From positions 1,240,001 through 1,304,000 of the forward strand of contig JAYWIR010000044.1 of NCBI GenBank assembly GCA_036172245.1: a stretch of 64,000 bases of DNA. Direction: 5' to 3'. The position numbers were made by a program, and so were the translations under genes. Below are positions 39,305 to 51,949 of the stretch, one piece after another. How positions within the stretch are numbered: the stretch's first letter is position 1; each line of letters opens with the position of its first letter. The stretch is from Raillietiella orientalis (lineage: Eukaryota). The notes beneath the pieces are model-generated. The model was not told the origin of the DNA. It did no database searches and worked only from the letters and a program-made list of their open reading frames with translations.

Positions 39305-42300
39305 CGTGACTTCCCGCCGCAGCATCTGGCTGATCGAGAACGATCTCACGCTGGAGTTGGCTTCACACGGCCCGATCACCAGGTTACCGTGCAGGGGCGC
39401 TTCCAGCACCTCGAAGCTCTGGATGGCTTTCCAGTGGTACGAAGAGTTCACGCGCACGCTGCCCTCATCGAGCGTAAAGTTGCCACCTTCCTCGACCTTC
39501 CAAGCGTTCGTCTCCAAGGGAATGATGCGCGGGACGACCTCGACGCGCAGGGTCACGTCGGAGAGGAAGAGTATGCCGTTAGTCACGTCGAAGACGATGC
39601 TGTCTTCGTAACCCGATGCCTTTTCGTGGATGAAGAACAGTCTCCCTTCGTCGATGGTCGCCTGGGTGAAGGTGACCACCTTGGATTTCTCTTCGCCGTG
39701 GGACGAGGTCTTGTCGACCACCTGAGATTCGATTTCCAGTCTTCCGAGCTCGGGGTACTTCTTCACTAGGTAAGATATTTCCCCTTTTGGCACGTTCTTC
39801 TGGATGACAGACAGATGATTGGGAGCTATCATCTTCCTGGTCCCTTCCAGGATGGGCATGCTTCCACCCACGCCCGATACTTCGAGCGGCGACCAGTACG
39901 ACTGGGGGTACACTCTGATCGGCAAGGTGTGGTCCACGGAAGTGGAGTCCACGCTGATCTTTAGCAACACTTCGTCCGTACGGCTTGAAGACTTGGCGTG
40001 ATTGTAGGTCACCAGCTCCTCTTCGAGGTCGCGGAGGGAGAACTCCTGAACAACCTGTTCTCTCACGCGGATGTCTCCGTGGCTGGGTCCTCTGTGGATG
40101 CGGAAAAGGATGCGGTCCTTCGGCGCGTCGACATTCGTCACGACGGTCACGTTCCCCACGTGGATGAGGGCGCTGCTTCCGTAGGGGACGATGATCCCGG
40201 TGTTGGTCACGATCCTGATGAAGGGATCGGAGGCATAGATGGAGAGAACCGCCGTGACATAGAACTCCCCGTCGGTGACCCACAGCGCACAGCTGCCGTT
40301 CGGGTCTCCCTGGTGACGGAAGAAGATCCTGCCCGCGTCGACGTCGGCCTGAGTGAAGTGGAAGATCTCTTCCACCTGGGTGATCGAGCCCTCGTCTTCG
40401 TGGCGGAGGAAGAACGCGCCGTTGATCAGCTCCTCCCTGGTTATCTGGATGTCGGACGGCTCGGAGTCCCGGTCTGCATCGCAGAAGCGGACCGTGTCGG
40501 AAGTGATGACCTTTTCGCCTCCGGTGACCACGAAGAGCACGAGGTCTGTGGCCGCGTAAGGCGGGTTGTCGTTCCGGGGCACGACGCGGATCCTGACCTC
40601 CTTGACGTAGAGGTGGGCGACGCCTCCCCTGAAGTACACGGCAGAGAACTGGAACGCGTCTTCAGGTGACTCCGAGTCGTCGTGCTCGTACAGCAGACGC
40701 CCGTTCTGGAGCTCCTCGACGGTGAAGGAGGTCACGTTGTGCCTGCCCGACCCCCCGTGGAAGTCGGACTGGAGCGTGTGGAGCCAGCCGTGGTCGGGAA
40801 ACGCGGTCACATTGCACATGATCGCGCCACTCTCATCGTGCGAGCGGGGACCGACGGAGCCTCCGCCGCCGACCACCTTCATGGTGCCTTCGAGGGCGTC
40901 GACCGAGAGCGGGGGCGTGTTGTCCGGGTCCCTGGGCCGGTGAGAGAAGCCGAGTTCGTACCGGTCGCCCGACGTCCACCCGGACAGCTTCACCGTGAAC
41001 ACGAGCCGGTCGCTCAGCTGAGAGTCTGTGGGGTAACGGAGCTTGTACTCCACCACGCGCTCGGTCACGTGGCGCTGCCCGAAAGCGTCTCCAGCTCCCA
41101 GCTTGCGGGCCTGCCCGTTCTCGGACAGCCAGAGGTCTCCGAACAGAGGTGCCTTCAGGATGACGAAACGGATGCCTTCCTCGTCGACGCTGCCCTGCGG
41201 CGAGTGGGCCAGAAGGTGGTCGCGCGTGACGAGGGAGCGATCGGTTTTCTGCAGCACCACGGGAGCTAGGGAAGCCATCTCGACCGAGGAAGGCGCAAAC
41301 CGGATCCGGAACTCGTAGGAGGGCAGCAGGACGACCCCGCCGACTCGAATCCTGAACCGGAAGACGTCTTCGTGCACGGTGGGCTTCCCCTTGTGCGAAT
41401 AAAAGATGCTTCCTTGCTTCACGTCCTCCATCTCTATTTCCGCCACTTCTTCCGGAGCTCCCGACGGCGTCTCCTTGATCAGGGATCCCTGGTTTGGAGG
41501 CTGGAAGACCTGGATGGACGGCGAGGGAGGACTCTGCTCCCCTTCGGCGGCATCCACGACAGCGCTCAGGTTCGAGGGAGTGATGCGGACGCTGGACTCG
41601 AACGAGACCAGCAACCCGGTGTTGTTCGCCAGCCCGACCCGCCACCTGCGCGCCATGAGGTGCAGGACGGAGATCGCGCTCGCCTCGTGGCTGTCAGTGG
41701 CCTGCAGGGCGACCACCGCCACGATGGAGTCCCGTTGGACATACGCGATCGATTCGGAGTTCACGTCGGACTGGGAGAAGGTAGTGATGGGTGAAGCGAG
41801 GTCGCCGACCCGGCTGAAGTGGCCCCTGTGGTCGGAATACGGGGACGCTTCGGCAATGACCAGCTCCTCAGGGAGATTGTCCGGATCGCGGGCTTCGACA
41901 AGATCCCTGGTGATCAGCATTTCACTCTCCAGGGGCACGGATATCCTTCCGTCTTCGAAAAGGACGACGACGGGAGGGTCGTTCACGGGAACGATCTGGA
42001 ACCTCATCTCCAGCTGCTTGTCATCTCCATCCCGTATGGTGATGCTGTCGTTCAATGATTCGGATCCGTCGTGAACGTAGCGGACATGGTGGAATATGAG
42101 GTCCTGCCACGTGAACGAAAGTTCGTCCTGCCTCTGGACGGTGGAGCCCACCTCCACCCTCCCGTGCTCCGGTCGCCTGACGAGCGAGAACGACGACCTC
42201 TCGAAGAGCTCCCCGAACCGGGAGACGTCGTCGAAGGTCATGTACACAGAGCTGCCTTCGTTCACGGTGAACACCTGCTTGTCGAACAGGCACTCTCCGG

Positions 42301-43091
42301 AGGCGTTGCAGGCCTCCGAGCACCCGACCGACAGGCCATGGGTCACCAGAGCGTTGCGGAAGCTGACTCTTTGTCCGTTCAGCACGACCTGCCTCAGGCA
42401 CCCTTCGAAGCTCATGGTGGCGAACTTCACCCCTTGCCTGAGGGCTGAGACCTGCAAGTTCATCTCGACGCCGCCGACGAACCAGAAGTGGTCGTTGCTG
42501 AGAGTGCAGGTGACGTATTTCGGCACTGAAGTCTCCTGAGTCGACGTCCGGTCCACGGTGATGGTTATCTTTCCCGAAGAACAATGCAGGAGAACTTCAT
42601 GCCAGTATCCGTCCTGGACCTTCTGCCTGGATTTCAAGAGCGCCACGTTGTTCTTGAGACTCATCAGCAAGCTCAGAGAGCCTTCCATCAGCTCCAGGGC
42701 GATGAACTCCGAGAGCGAGTTGGTGGTGTAGAAGATCAGGCCATTCTCCCTCTTCGTAAGGACTTCGAACGTCAGGTGAAACGCTGCCTTGGAAGAAGCC
42801 GGACTGGCGAGCGACAGGAAGGACCCTCCTCCGAGAAATCGGATTATGGAATTCTCCGGAGCTTGGAACTCCACGCTGCAGTCGAAGGTGATGGCGTGCA
42901 CCACATTTCCCGAGGTCGTAGAGATGGCCTCTGATGTCTCGAGCACGTCCATTCCGTTGTAGGTCACATCTTTCATGCAGCCGCGATAGTAGCTCAGGTG
43001 TCCCAGAAACAAGTCTCTGAAATTTCCTATCCCTCCAAGGAACACTCCATAGTCGATGTTAAGCTCGTAGAATCTTGGTGGAAGCTGCAGG
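39305..43091 (-). CDS. kon: kon/CSPG4 large exon: end of LamG1, LamG2 and multiple CSPG (cadherin-like) repeats
   Basis: Acceptor ttttttttccctccttccag| at 43092, reading LQLPPRFYELNIDYGVFLGG into the 1271-aa ORF. LamG2 (VQDGYWHEV...FEGCLRQV) is followed by repeated YxHDGSE / PVNDPP / FTQxD motifs. Donor acg|gtttgt at 39304. Confidence 0.95.
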
Positions 43092-43250
43092 CTGGAAGGA
43101 GGGAAAAAAAAACGTCAAAGAGTTACGAAAGCAAACGATTACAGCGGAAGGGTTTGCGCGGGTCTCCGAGAAACGCTCGGAAAAGAGGAGGAGGAGGTCA
43201 CTTCGCGTACGTGAACAACGTGGCGACTTTACGGCGTGCGCTGGGTGGGG

Positions 43251-43424
43251 TAGGTTAGGTTAGGTTGGTTTAGGTTAGTTACGGTGAGGTTGGGTCGATA
43301 GGTTAGGTCGTGTGAGTTTGGTTAACTTCGAGTTGTGCGTTAGTTTGAGGTCGTTGAGGTTCGTTTTGGTGGATTGGGTTAGGTTTGGTCAGGTGAGTTC
43401 ATGGTAAATTAGGTCTGGTTAGGT
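43251..43424 (+). repeat. Degenerate (TTAGG)n pentamer tract
   Basis: taggttaggttaggttggtttaggttag... decaying to 5-bp-periodic variants (tgagg, ttggg, tcagg). Confidence 0.8.
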
Positions 43425-44349
43425 GCTAGCTTTGGCTGCCGAGGTAGTGTGCACAGGTGGGATGAAGGGATGAAGAATTATTTCACTCCATGGAAACGCG
43501 AGAAAGAAAGTTTTTTTTGCGGACGTTGGATAGGCTTGCGTTTTTGTATGTGAATTGCGGAAAGGACAGCAGGTATTTCCGTAAGGTAGTCTGTAGGTTT
43601 TTAGTGCAACAGGCTCCACTGTCGAGGGTAGATGCAGGATCCATAAGGGCTGCGTGTTTGTTTCGAACTGAGTGTACAGTTGACTTCGAAATGGTGCTGC
43701 AACCAGGTCGTCACGCACGCCCTTGATTGGGTGGCAAGAAAGGATGATGGTAATCTTTTCTTTTCTGTCTTCGCAGCTCTTCGACACGGTTCCATACCAC
43801 CCGAGGGTGCTAGTGTAATTCTTCAACATAGGAGTACCCCGGGAGGGGTCTGCCCTGTGAATCCAGGAAGGACACCGTAGAAGAGAGTCCGTTCCTCTGA
43901 CGCCTGGAGAGGAATCCTCGGAAATGGAGATCACCTCCACCCTGGTTCTCTCCGAAAGGAAACCCCAAAGGAAATTTCCTTTCTTGTTCCTTCTGAAGAA
44001 ACTCCCAAGGGGGACTGCTCCATTTTTTCTTTTCTGAGTGGAACCCAGAAAGAATCCCCCATCAGGAATTTCTTCTTCGGAGGGATACCGCAAGGGAACC
44101 GCTCTTGTTTACTCCTCTGAAGAGAACCCCTAAGGGATGCTTCTGAAATTCAGAAGGGCTCTGCTTCCCCAAAGGGATCGGCTCGCTTCTCTGCACTCTC
44201 TGGAGAGGTGATGGCGACACACCGACTCCCAGGCAGGGGGCGAAACCCCATTCCAGGGACATCTTCCGCGTCGTACTGATGGAGGTGCTGGGAAATGCGC
44301 GGCTCTTCGGCTAGGCGAGTTGATTGGAACCCTCTGATTTGCATGTTTC

Positions 44350-46000
44350 GTTTCTTCGGGAGCAGTGAGGAAACACCCGCGAAAAAGTGGGTCTTCGAGT
44401 AGAATACGGGAGATCCTCGACTTGACAGCCACACACAAACCAGATGAGCCACAAGAAAATCAAGTTAAGGATCTGTGTGCAGCCATGAAGCTGTTGCCAC
44501 AGGGCGGGCCTGTGCGCTCGTGGAGTGTTCTGAGTGTTTTCCTTGTTGAAGCGAATGCCCTGTCGCGAGGGTGCATCGCTGGGATTCGAGCTCTCTACCT
44601 TACGTCTAGCTCCAGGATGTTTTCGCCATTGAGCCAACGATGCTAGCTCGAGTCTCGGCACTGTGGGGGTGATTTCCTGAAGTGTTGACCATGACCGCGG
44701 ATGCACGTGGCTGTTCTGAGGGTGTCTTAGTTAGTGTGCCCACAAAAGGCATCCGCGCTTTGTTCAATGTTGTACAGAGTCGTTAGGAGAATACAACCCA
44801 TAGTCGGATCCAGGATTTATACTTGGTGACTGACTCGGTCTCTTCCTTGCTCGTGAGTTGCACATCGCTAACATGAACGTAGCTGCAGGAGATGACGGGT
44901 TCGCGATAAAGAGCAGCCTGGTGCCAAACCGATGCTTTTGGAGCTTTCTGCCGTGTATTCAACGCGGAACACTGCTGCATCGATTGACGACGGCAACCAA
45001 AAGGGGCTGAGACGTGATTCTCTGCAACCAGCTTGTCCATAGAGTGGACTCTTCGACTCCGTGAGGATCTCAAACTACGCACGGGAGAAGATGAAAGAAT
45101 GGTTATCCTGGAAGCTGGAAGCTGCCTTAGAGAACATCTCTGACAAGTTCGGAAGTGCTCGAGAAAGAAAGGAGGCAAAGCGCAGAGACCACGCTGTCTC
45201 ACTGTCGACGAAAGTTTCTGAGATCCCTGAAGTGAAGAGATGATGCGAGATATGTAGTTCCCTCTCCACTCATGAACGAAACTGATTCTTGAATCTTCCT
45301 GATCTCTATAATCTGTAACGACCCCACGACGTTCCCAGGAACCGAGTTGAGGATTCACCCTCATATCAAGGAGCAAACGCCTGGGTCTGATATCCTGAGT
45401 GTGGAAGATAAGATGGACAGGAGAATCAGGATGGTCACAGGTTCCATTTCCCGACTCATCATTTGCAAGAGACACGCACGAAAGATCTCTTGCGTGGCTT
45501 CTCGAGCGTAGCTGTTTTTTGTAGTGGTTGCACGAGCCGCGTATGCTGACACGGATCCATTTTCCCCAAATCGAGCCACTTTTCATGCGTGCGGCGTCTC
45601 CTCTCTGCGGTCACGACCTTTTCCTTGAACGCGCGCTTCTCCACGCATGTGTTCAAGCATCAAACACATACCCACACTGCACGCAGGAATGGTTTCGCAC
45701 ATGAGAGCATTTTCGTGCGCACGCGTAAGCAGGGCAGCGTGTCGTGATGAGCCGCCTTGGAAGAGGCGAGGTGTTGAGGATGCCCTGTGTGCTTATGCTC
45801 CGGAGATCGGAGGGTTCCATCTCGCGGTCTGGCCGCGAAGCTCTTTTTCCGTATCCGACATCAGAGCTATTTGGAAGCACCAGTTTTTGCTGCTCCGTCC
45901 TCTCCCCACCAAGCCGACAGGACGTCAAGAGCCCCTGCCGCAGGAGGACAGCCGAGATGCTTTCGTGTAACCATGCATCCAGCCGGAATGGAGCAGCAGA
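44350..46000 (+). mobile_element. Decayed hAT transposase (intronic)
   Basis: LSVFLVEANAL near the 5' end; RRVPSRGLAAKLFF / YPTSELFGSTSF...RRRTAEML near the 3' end. Confidence 0.4.
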
Positions 46001-46699
46001 CAAACTCCGCGGCGGACCGGTCTCTCAGACATCTCCTGAGAGGACGTCGCTGGTCACAAAGCCCGCGCCCCGTCGTGAACTCAGGTGCCGACTGTCGCTT
46101 TAAGCACGCTGCCTGAGGGCATTCGAGTGGGGTCGGTCGAATACGCGGGAGGGGCTTCACAAGAGGAAGAATCCTTGAAGCACATTAGGACGCCAAGATC
46201 CAATCGGATCCAGTGAAGTGGCGAAGGGAGCAATGTGGGAGCTGGTGACCTCCGAGCAGCCAATGCCAAGCGGCGACTCGAGAATCAGCACGGACCAAAC
46301 CGGCCAATTCGGTCCACGGAGCTGCCAGCGTTATCCTCTCTCGCGAGAGGGGCGCGGCAGCGTTCTTGGGAGAAGCGCAAAAGAGGAGGGGACGCTGTTC
46401 CTCCTCCGCCACCAGTGAGAGAAGGAGCAGGTGGGACGCCCGAAAAACGATACCCGAGGGGCGACGGGATTCTCAGGGAATCCCTCCGGGGTCTCCAGCC
46501 GAGAACAGGAAGGGGGGAACGTGTTGAAGAACCAGCATCCAACGTAACCGAGACGTGCGCCGGGAGCACACGCTCAGGGGCCGCGGGCCAGGAACGGGCG
46601 GCGGTCAACCAGTCTCGGCAGGTCAGCGAGACAGGAAGAAGTCGGGAAAAATCCATCCGAACAGGCGCACGTGGTAATTTCGAACGAGGAACGTGTCAC

Positions 46700-47750
46700 G
46701 TGACCTTTACCTTTACTTCCGGTTTCTTTTGTCCTCCATTTGGAGGACGTTTGGATCGGGTTACCCGGGAGGTCGGGTCCGATCGCGGTCGATGGAGGTG
46801 TCTCCGCTTGTCCGCTTCCATCGCTGCCCCGAGCCACCAGCGGTCTGTGCGGGCAGCGCCCCCACTTCCCTGCGGACTTCCCCTACCGGGTTGGTTAGTA
46901 AGCCCCCGTGGGATCGGTAGGTCCGGAACCCTGCAACCAGTCGGCATCCGACCAGCATCCGCGGACGAGCGAACTCGAGAGCGAAGCACGCGCGGCTCTT
47001 CCGCGGAGGGCGTGTATCTTCGAGAGGGGACCCGGGGGCACAGGATGGAAGGGACGCAGGAGGAAGAGCAAATGCACGGAAGATCATTCGTCTTCTGCTG
47101 ACCGCGGCCCACTGCCCGGGACAGATTGACTCCCGGGGTCGCTAGCTCGAGCCGTGCTTTCAGCTCGCGGGCGTCCCCCTAGCCACGGTCGGTTTCTGCC
47201 GAAGGCGTCGCCTGGCGACTCCCATCCCTCCCCCTCATCTTCACCACGGGCGCGTGTTTTGGATCTGCTCTTTCACTTCACCTCCGAAGGACTGCCCGAG
47301 ACCAACCGTTTCCGCAGCCTTGGGCTCTCACGCATCCCTCGATCGCGCCATGAGGACCGGCGAGGGGAAGCAGGGTCCAGAGGAGAAGACGATGGAAGGT
47401 CACTCTGCTCGCGCGGTCTTCCTCCTCGACGCTCGTGTGTGGCAGCAACGAGGAAGCGCCGCTCCTGCGGGTTCCCGGTCGCCCGCAGCATCTCCGCCCG
47501 TTTGCTTCCTTGCCACGAATCCTCCACTGCACCTCGGAAAGAACTGTTTTCCCCCGTGCTCTTCCTCCCTGGCGAAGTTTCCTGGAGGTATCCTTTCGCC
47601 TGCCCCGCGCATTCCCACCTTCAGGATGTGCTCGCGGTCACGTCTTCCGGGAGCTGCGACGAGCCCCGAGTCCCCCAGCGCTGCGCGGCTCATTCGCGGA
47701 CTTGCTGAACCCTCGGGCATCCTCCGACGTTGTGACGCCTGACGCGAAGC
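46700..47750 (+). mobile_element. Decayed hAT transposase (intronic)
   Basis: ARAVFLLDARV (AxxLDPR), then FSPVLFL...RYPFACPAHSHLQDVLAVTSSGSCDEPRV (dimerisation domain). Confidence 0.5.
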
Positions 47751-47849
47751 GCATGCGCGACCTCAGATTTTCGAGTCCGCGTCCTCCTTTCGCGTGTCCT
47801 TACTCCACATTCTTATGCAATTTGCGTTCCTCTGGTACTCGTCGCTCGT

Positions 47850-48650
47850 GTTCCTCACTTATCCTTCTTCCATGTATGGGGTTTCGACCGAATGATCACT
47901 TTCCCAATCATCCGGAGGTCGTGGCAGGTCGAAGTCTATCCTCCTCCACCCTATTCGAGTCGCCATCGAGCCAGCGTTCCGTTTCCTCTTCCCCTGTGGG
48001 CTCCAAAGCCCATCTGGAGCGCCCTGCGTTGAAGCAGCGCACTCTGATGACCCCCCGGCTGGAAATTCCTGTCCTTCGTCCTCAGGCAGGCGGAGGGACG
48101 GAAATCTTCTTGGGTTCCTCTGCTTTCGCCCCTTTTCTCCAAGATTTTTTTTTTTTGGTTCGGCAAGTGCTGGAGAGCCTCCATGAGCAGGGGGGAGGGG
48201 AAGGGGAGGCATACGAAGCTCTCTTAACTCAGTGCACGCGCCACCAGAGGGTGCGCAAAACTCTTCAGTTAGAAAGCAGCCCCGGAGGGATCACCTCTGA
48301 ATCCCGGAAGGCTCCGGAGGAAGGAGTCCGTTTCCCTCTTACGCTCGGTGGGAGGGACCTCGAAGGGAATGATGCGCTCCTGATTTCCTCCTCTGGAGAG
48401 AACCCGGAAGGGACGCTCTTCGAAGGGAGCAGGTGCTTCACACACTCTGGAAAGGAGGCCCCCCGCGTCAACCAACTCTATGGTGACGGCTCCATTTTCA
48501 CAACCAGCGGGGAATCCCGGAGGGCTCCTTGATGCCCTGGAAGGACCACGAAGGGTCAACTTCCAACCCTGGCTAGTCAACAGGGGTGTCCGGTTTCCAG
48601 CTTCACCACTTAAAGCCCACAGGCCAACCAGCGTCATCCTACGGAAGGTT
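47850..48650 (-). mobile_element. Decayed hAT transposase fragment (intronic)
   Basis: TSQGWKLTLRGPSR (TRWxST-like), LLSRVCEAPAPFEE (LxPF), AAF*LKSF. Confidence 0.38.
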
Positions 48651-49318
48651 CTCGAAACCCGGGCGCACCTCCATTCTCGGAGTCAATCCTTCCCCTGGTG
48701 GGACTCGAACCCACAGCCACGCGACCACCAACGCGAGACAGTCCCTTGTCCCTGTCCTGTCGCTCCCCCCCACTCAAGCTCCCAGCGGGGTCGACTCTTG
48801 GCGCCGCTCAGTTGACCTCGAAAGTCCTCAGCCCATCCTCTTCCGGGGGGATAGGAGACCCGGAATGAGAACGGGGAGCGGTTGACCGGACCCGCCGTCG
48901 CCCACGCCTTGAATGCAGCGCAGCTTCTTTTTGCGTACGGGGTCGCCTGGACTACCGGGTCGTGTTCCGAGCCTCTGGTCAGGGGCTCTGAGCAGCGCCC
49001 GCACCCTGCAGTAGCAGCGTCACCAGCGCGGCCTCGGTGAGTTTGAGAAGCTCCTCATCTTGCCGAGGACGTCGCCAGGTGGTGCGGCTGGCAATCCGCA
49101 ACGCCGGAAATGCCCAACGGTCAAAATTCGAACGATTATTCAAAAAAAGTACATATTCATGTCACATATGTATGGATATGTACAGTAGAATTAATATATA
49201 TTGCAAAGATTATGGAAAATATATGAAATATATGTTTATTATATATATTAATATACAGATTTATTTGAACACACATATTTACTAATATTTGTGAACATAC
49301 ACAATAGTGATAGTAATT

Positions 49319-49714
49319 ATATTAATATTATAAATACATTCTGTGAATACAAATACATTTTAGAAACACTAGAAATCCCTTTCATTAATATCATAAATTT
49401 CTTTTATTAATATTATAAATCCATTTTATCAATATTATAGATACATTCTATTAATTTTATAAATATATTTTATTACTATTATCAATATATTCTGCTAATA
49501 TTATGAATACATTCGGTTGATATTACAAATAAATCCCATTAGTATCAAAAATATATTTTATTAATTCCATAAAGCCATTTTATTAATATCATAAATGCAT
49601 ATTATTAATGTCATAAATACATTTCATTAATATTATGAATGTATTTTACTAGTACTATAAATCCGTTTTGGCAATACTTTGAATCTATTTTGTTAATATT
49701 ATAAATGTATTTTG
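49319..49714. repeat. AT-rich minisatellite, about 22-bp unit (consensus near tattaatattataaatacattt), roughly 18 diverged copies
   Basis: Recurrent attaatat(t/c)ataaat..attt spaced about 22 bp apart. Confidence 0.85.
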
Positions 49715-49918
49715 AATTCCTATTAAAAATTCATTTGTAATAGGAATGTATACGAAATGAGCATATAAATGTAGAATGATAAATGTGTGTTTATCGAGCG
49801 ATGATAATACAAAAGTTCGATTTTGGTTTTATCATTTGTGTGCTTTTTTAATTTTTTCCACTATTTTCAGCACTTTCTATTTTTTATACTTCGGTGCTTC
49901 CATATTTATTTAATATGT

Positions 49919-49993
49919 ATTATAAAAAATAAGTGTATTTGTTCAGCACACTTATCATAAGTGTGCTGAACAAATACACTTATTTTTTATAAT
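49919..49993. repeat. Perfect 75-bp AT-rich palindrome (37-bp arms, 1-nt spacer)
   Basis: attataaaaaataagtgtatttgttcagcacacttat-c-ataagtgtgctgaacaaatacacttattttttataat, checked base by base. Confidence 0.95.
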
Positions 49994-50006
49994 TTTGCTT
50001 ATATGA

Positions 50007-50436
50007 ATGTACATATATATATATATAAGCAAAATTATAAAATATATATATATATGCATCAATCTATGTATGGATCTACATGTTAATGTATATATGAACT
50101 TATATATGAATATATGCTTCAACCTATATATGAATCCGTATGAGAATGTATATATAAATATACATAGTAAGCATATGTATTTATTTTTTTGCAATCTTTA
50201 TACTGTGTTCATAGATTAACATATATTATAGGCATATCATTAATTATGTAAATATATATCATAGACATATTATTAACTGTATTAATAATACACATATCAA
50301 TCTTTATTTATATATTCATGTATTGATATGTATAACGAACGTATATATTAATACAAACATGTATAAACCCATGCAAAAAATATATATTCACACCTATCAT
50401 AATATATATACTAGGATATACATATATATATTAATT
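50007..50436. repeat. (TA)n-rich low-complexity tract with degenerate 12-bp periodicity
   Basis: atatatat runs and aat(c/g)tatatatg-like units. Confidence 0.7.
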
Positions 50437-50449
50437 TATATAACAAGCA

Positions 50450-51400
50450 CGCGTGTGTATTTTTTATGATCGTTGGGAATTTCTACCCTGTGGCTTTGCC
50501 GGGCGCAGAAGGCCGTGGTGTTGTGACCGCACCCGCAGCTCGGGTGTCCAGCGACTTGCCTCACGGCCAACCCCCAAAATTGGTCTTTGATGTGACGTTC
50601 AGGCGGCAAAGCAGTGAAAGTCTGGCTCGTGGCAGCTGCCACTCGTGAAGACGCGGGATGAACGAGCACGCCTTTCCTGGAACAGTTTGGAGCGAGTGGA
50701 CCTCCGTGGAGTGTGCGACCCTCTTGAACACCGTTCCAGAGGGTCGCACACCACACGGTGTGCGACCCTCTTGAAAGTGGGGACGAGTATACCCCGCAGA
50801 GTGTGCCACTTTGCCTCCATTGGCCACTGCCGGGGTCCGCGACAAGTGTCAGTCAGCTGTGTGGTTGGGGTGCAGATGCTGCAGAGCGCCGAGTTCGAGT
50901 CTTGGGCCAGGGATCCCGATGCTTGCAAACCTGTTGGATCCAGAGGCCTGCGTTTATCGAACATCCTGGAGGTACACGTGCACGGACGTTCCTCGTCATG
51001 GACCATCATCTAATGAAAGATGGGTCCCATTTAGGAATCGCTCCGTGTTCTCTCTCGAATACACTGTGTATTCGTGGGCGGAGGAGGATCAATCTTTGTG
51101 GCGTATTCTGTAACTGTGATACAGAACATGAAATGTCTGCAAGACGGTTGCATTGGAATGCATGGTTCGCAGTGGATTCATAGCCAGAGAAGTCCGAAGA
51201 GATGAACTGCGATCAGACGGTGGAGATGGAGGCACGGCAGCAACTTCCGTTTTTCAGGGAGGTTGCATTTGTTGCCCAGAGGGAATTGCCGGAAGATCTA
51301 AGGCAGGGACTGCTGAAAGAAGAGCGAGCTCTTGCAAGCACAAGAGGAGGTTCGTGTGCGTGGGAACGCTTACGCCCAGCGCTCCTTCCCTAGGGTGTGA
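50450..51400 (+). mobile_element. Decayed hAT transposase fragment (intronic)
   Basis: RLSWNSL, IPMLANLLDPE (AxxLDP), WNAWF...FFREVAFV. Confidence 0.42.
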
Positions 51401-51949
51401 AACGAGCACTCGCGGAGGCGGTCGGAGATTCCGCGGTGCCGGAGGAGGAACGGTAACCGAGGCATGAAGGTGGCTGAAATCCCGATCTGAATGGGAAAGG
51501 GAGGCGCACGTGTACTCTGCCGCGTCTTGGAACACAAGGGCGTGCACGGCGCTACGCTTGAAGCCATCCCCCCTGACTAGTAGGCGATCGACATCGAAGG
51601 GTTTCCAGGGCGAGGCAGAGCGATCGACTTCGGAAAAGAAGGATCCCATCAAGGCAAATCCGGTTGCTATGGGAAACAAGCAGTATCACAACTGCTTTCT
51701 TCATCCGTTTTACGTATCTTGAATAATAAATGCTTGCCTCGCCTTGTTCTATCCTCTATTCATCTTCATCTTCATTTCTCTAGTTTTAGAATAGATAATA
51801 CCGTCTCCATATTTCGATGGCCCTGACAAAATCAGATCTGAAAGCCCATTGTGAGAGCTGATCACTTGCTGGGATGAGGTTTGGTCGCGGCGCCGTGAAC
51901 ACCGAGTGAAAATGGCTTGAAGGTGTTTTCCTCGAGCGCAGGAATCCCA

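Noticed and set aside
35251..43258. Many long plus-strand and alternative-frame ORFs overlapping kon exons (e.g. 35446-36105, 39998-40669, 41406-42074)
   Set aside because: Shadow ORFs caused by GC3-rich codon usage of the real minus-strand gene; no recognisable domains.
46235..48532. Long ORFs of 288 and 365 aa in the kon intron
   Set aside because: Arg/Ser/Pro-rich non-coding-type translations over GC-rich decayed hAT sequence.
48696..48770. tRNA-like T-arm/B-box on the minus strand (gtgggttcgagtcccacca)
   Set aside because: No convincing D-arm, anticodon arm or acceptor stem; at most a tRNA-derived SINE or pseudogene scrap.
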